A DNA stretch of 43,583 nt from a virus (Duplodnaviria; Caudoviricetes): positions 1-43,583 of IMG/VR virus record IMGVR_UViG_3300048849_000133; one strand, given 5' to 3'. Of this stretch, positions 43,215 to 43,583 are shown in pieces. Position 1 is the first letter of the stretch. Each line of letters starts with the position of its first letter. Below the pieces are notes generated by a model that worked only from the letters and a program-made list of their open reading frames with translations, ran no database searches and had not been told where the DNA came from. The position numbers and the translations under genes are program-made.

Positions 43215-43583
43215 TTAAACAAGACCGAGTTTTTGAGCCAGAGCAGATAATTGACGTTTGCGCTCTATGCCCGCTTTTAGGGAAATGGAATCTTTGCGAT
43301 GCCTCAATGCATGAATGGAAATACACAGTTTGTCGGCAATCTCTTTATCTGTATAGCCTTTACCAATAAGCGTAAGTACATCAATCTGAATCTTGGTAAA
43401 GGATCCCTTACTTACGAATGGAAGCTTAACAGTGACATTGATATCATCAGGTGTTAGGATGTCCGGAGTCAAGGTCCACATAGAACCTTGAATGACCATT
43501 TTGATTTTATCATCCTGCATGAAAAGTTCGCCCGGGAAATTATTTAAACCAGGAAGGTGCAAGGCTTGACTTGAGTGATTCAT
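43215..43583 (-). CDS. LuxR-family HTH transcriptional regulator
   Basis: FTKIQIDVLTLIGKGYTDKEIADKLCISIHALRHRKDSISLKAG motif. Confidence 0.85.
   Translation of the reverse strand: MNHSSQALHLPGLNNFPGELFMQDDKIKMVIQGSMWTLTPDILTPDDINVTVKLPFVSKGSFTKIQIDVLTLIGKGYTDKEIADKLCISIHALRHRKDSISLKAGIERKRQLSALAQKLGLV

Larger units (their letters stand above)
1..43583. mobile_element. Prophage / temperate myovirus region (lambda-like head, P2-like contractile tail); ends not within the window
   Basis: Integrase, replication, terminase, portal, capsid, sheath/tube, baseplate, fibre and endolysin genes in coherent order. No repressor or att duplication seen. Confidence 0.95.

Noticed and set aside
1-43583. 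att sites, tRNA genes, CI repressor
   Set aside because: None found by eye. The window starts at the integrase ATG and ends at the LuxR ATG, so they probably lie outside it.

Overview
The whole window is one temperate phage (prophage) region, probably from a Bacteroidota host. That host call is an inference from Q-rule signal peptides, DUF4373-, PcfJ/PcfK- and DUF3127-like proteins, and A-rich, SD-less translation starts. A + strand tyrosine integrase is followed by two + strand cargo genes: an RxxxxH HEPN-like protein and a 2-TM protein with a C-terminal zinc ribbon. These converge at a bidirectional terminator with a long - strand unit. In transcription order that unit is: early/replication genes (LuxR HTH, HD hydrolase, NdpA/YejK-like, SSB-like, ParB-like, PcfK/AcrIIA9-like, PcfJ, initiator, many small ORFs, three HNH proteins), a lambda-type head (putative cos, TerS, GpA TerL, gpW, portal, protease-capsid fusion), a P2-type contractile tail and baseplate, fibres, and lysis genes. 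No repressor, att site, tRNA, CRISPR array or reverse transcriptase is visible, so the element probably extends past the window edges. The strongest leads are: (1) an 815-aa tail-fibre-like protein carrying a Sec signal peptide; (2) the HEPN + 2TM/Zn-ribbon cassette as a candidate defence system; (3) a lambda-like cosQ/cosN followed by eight TTCGGAC copies, seven of them inside terS in all three codon phases; (4) a lysis module without canonical spanins; (5) an unannotated -1 frameshift tail chaperone and unannotated micro-ORFs, one ending in a clamp-binding-like QLGLF motif. All family assignments come from motif recognition by eye, not from database searches.
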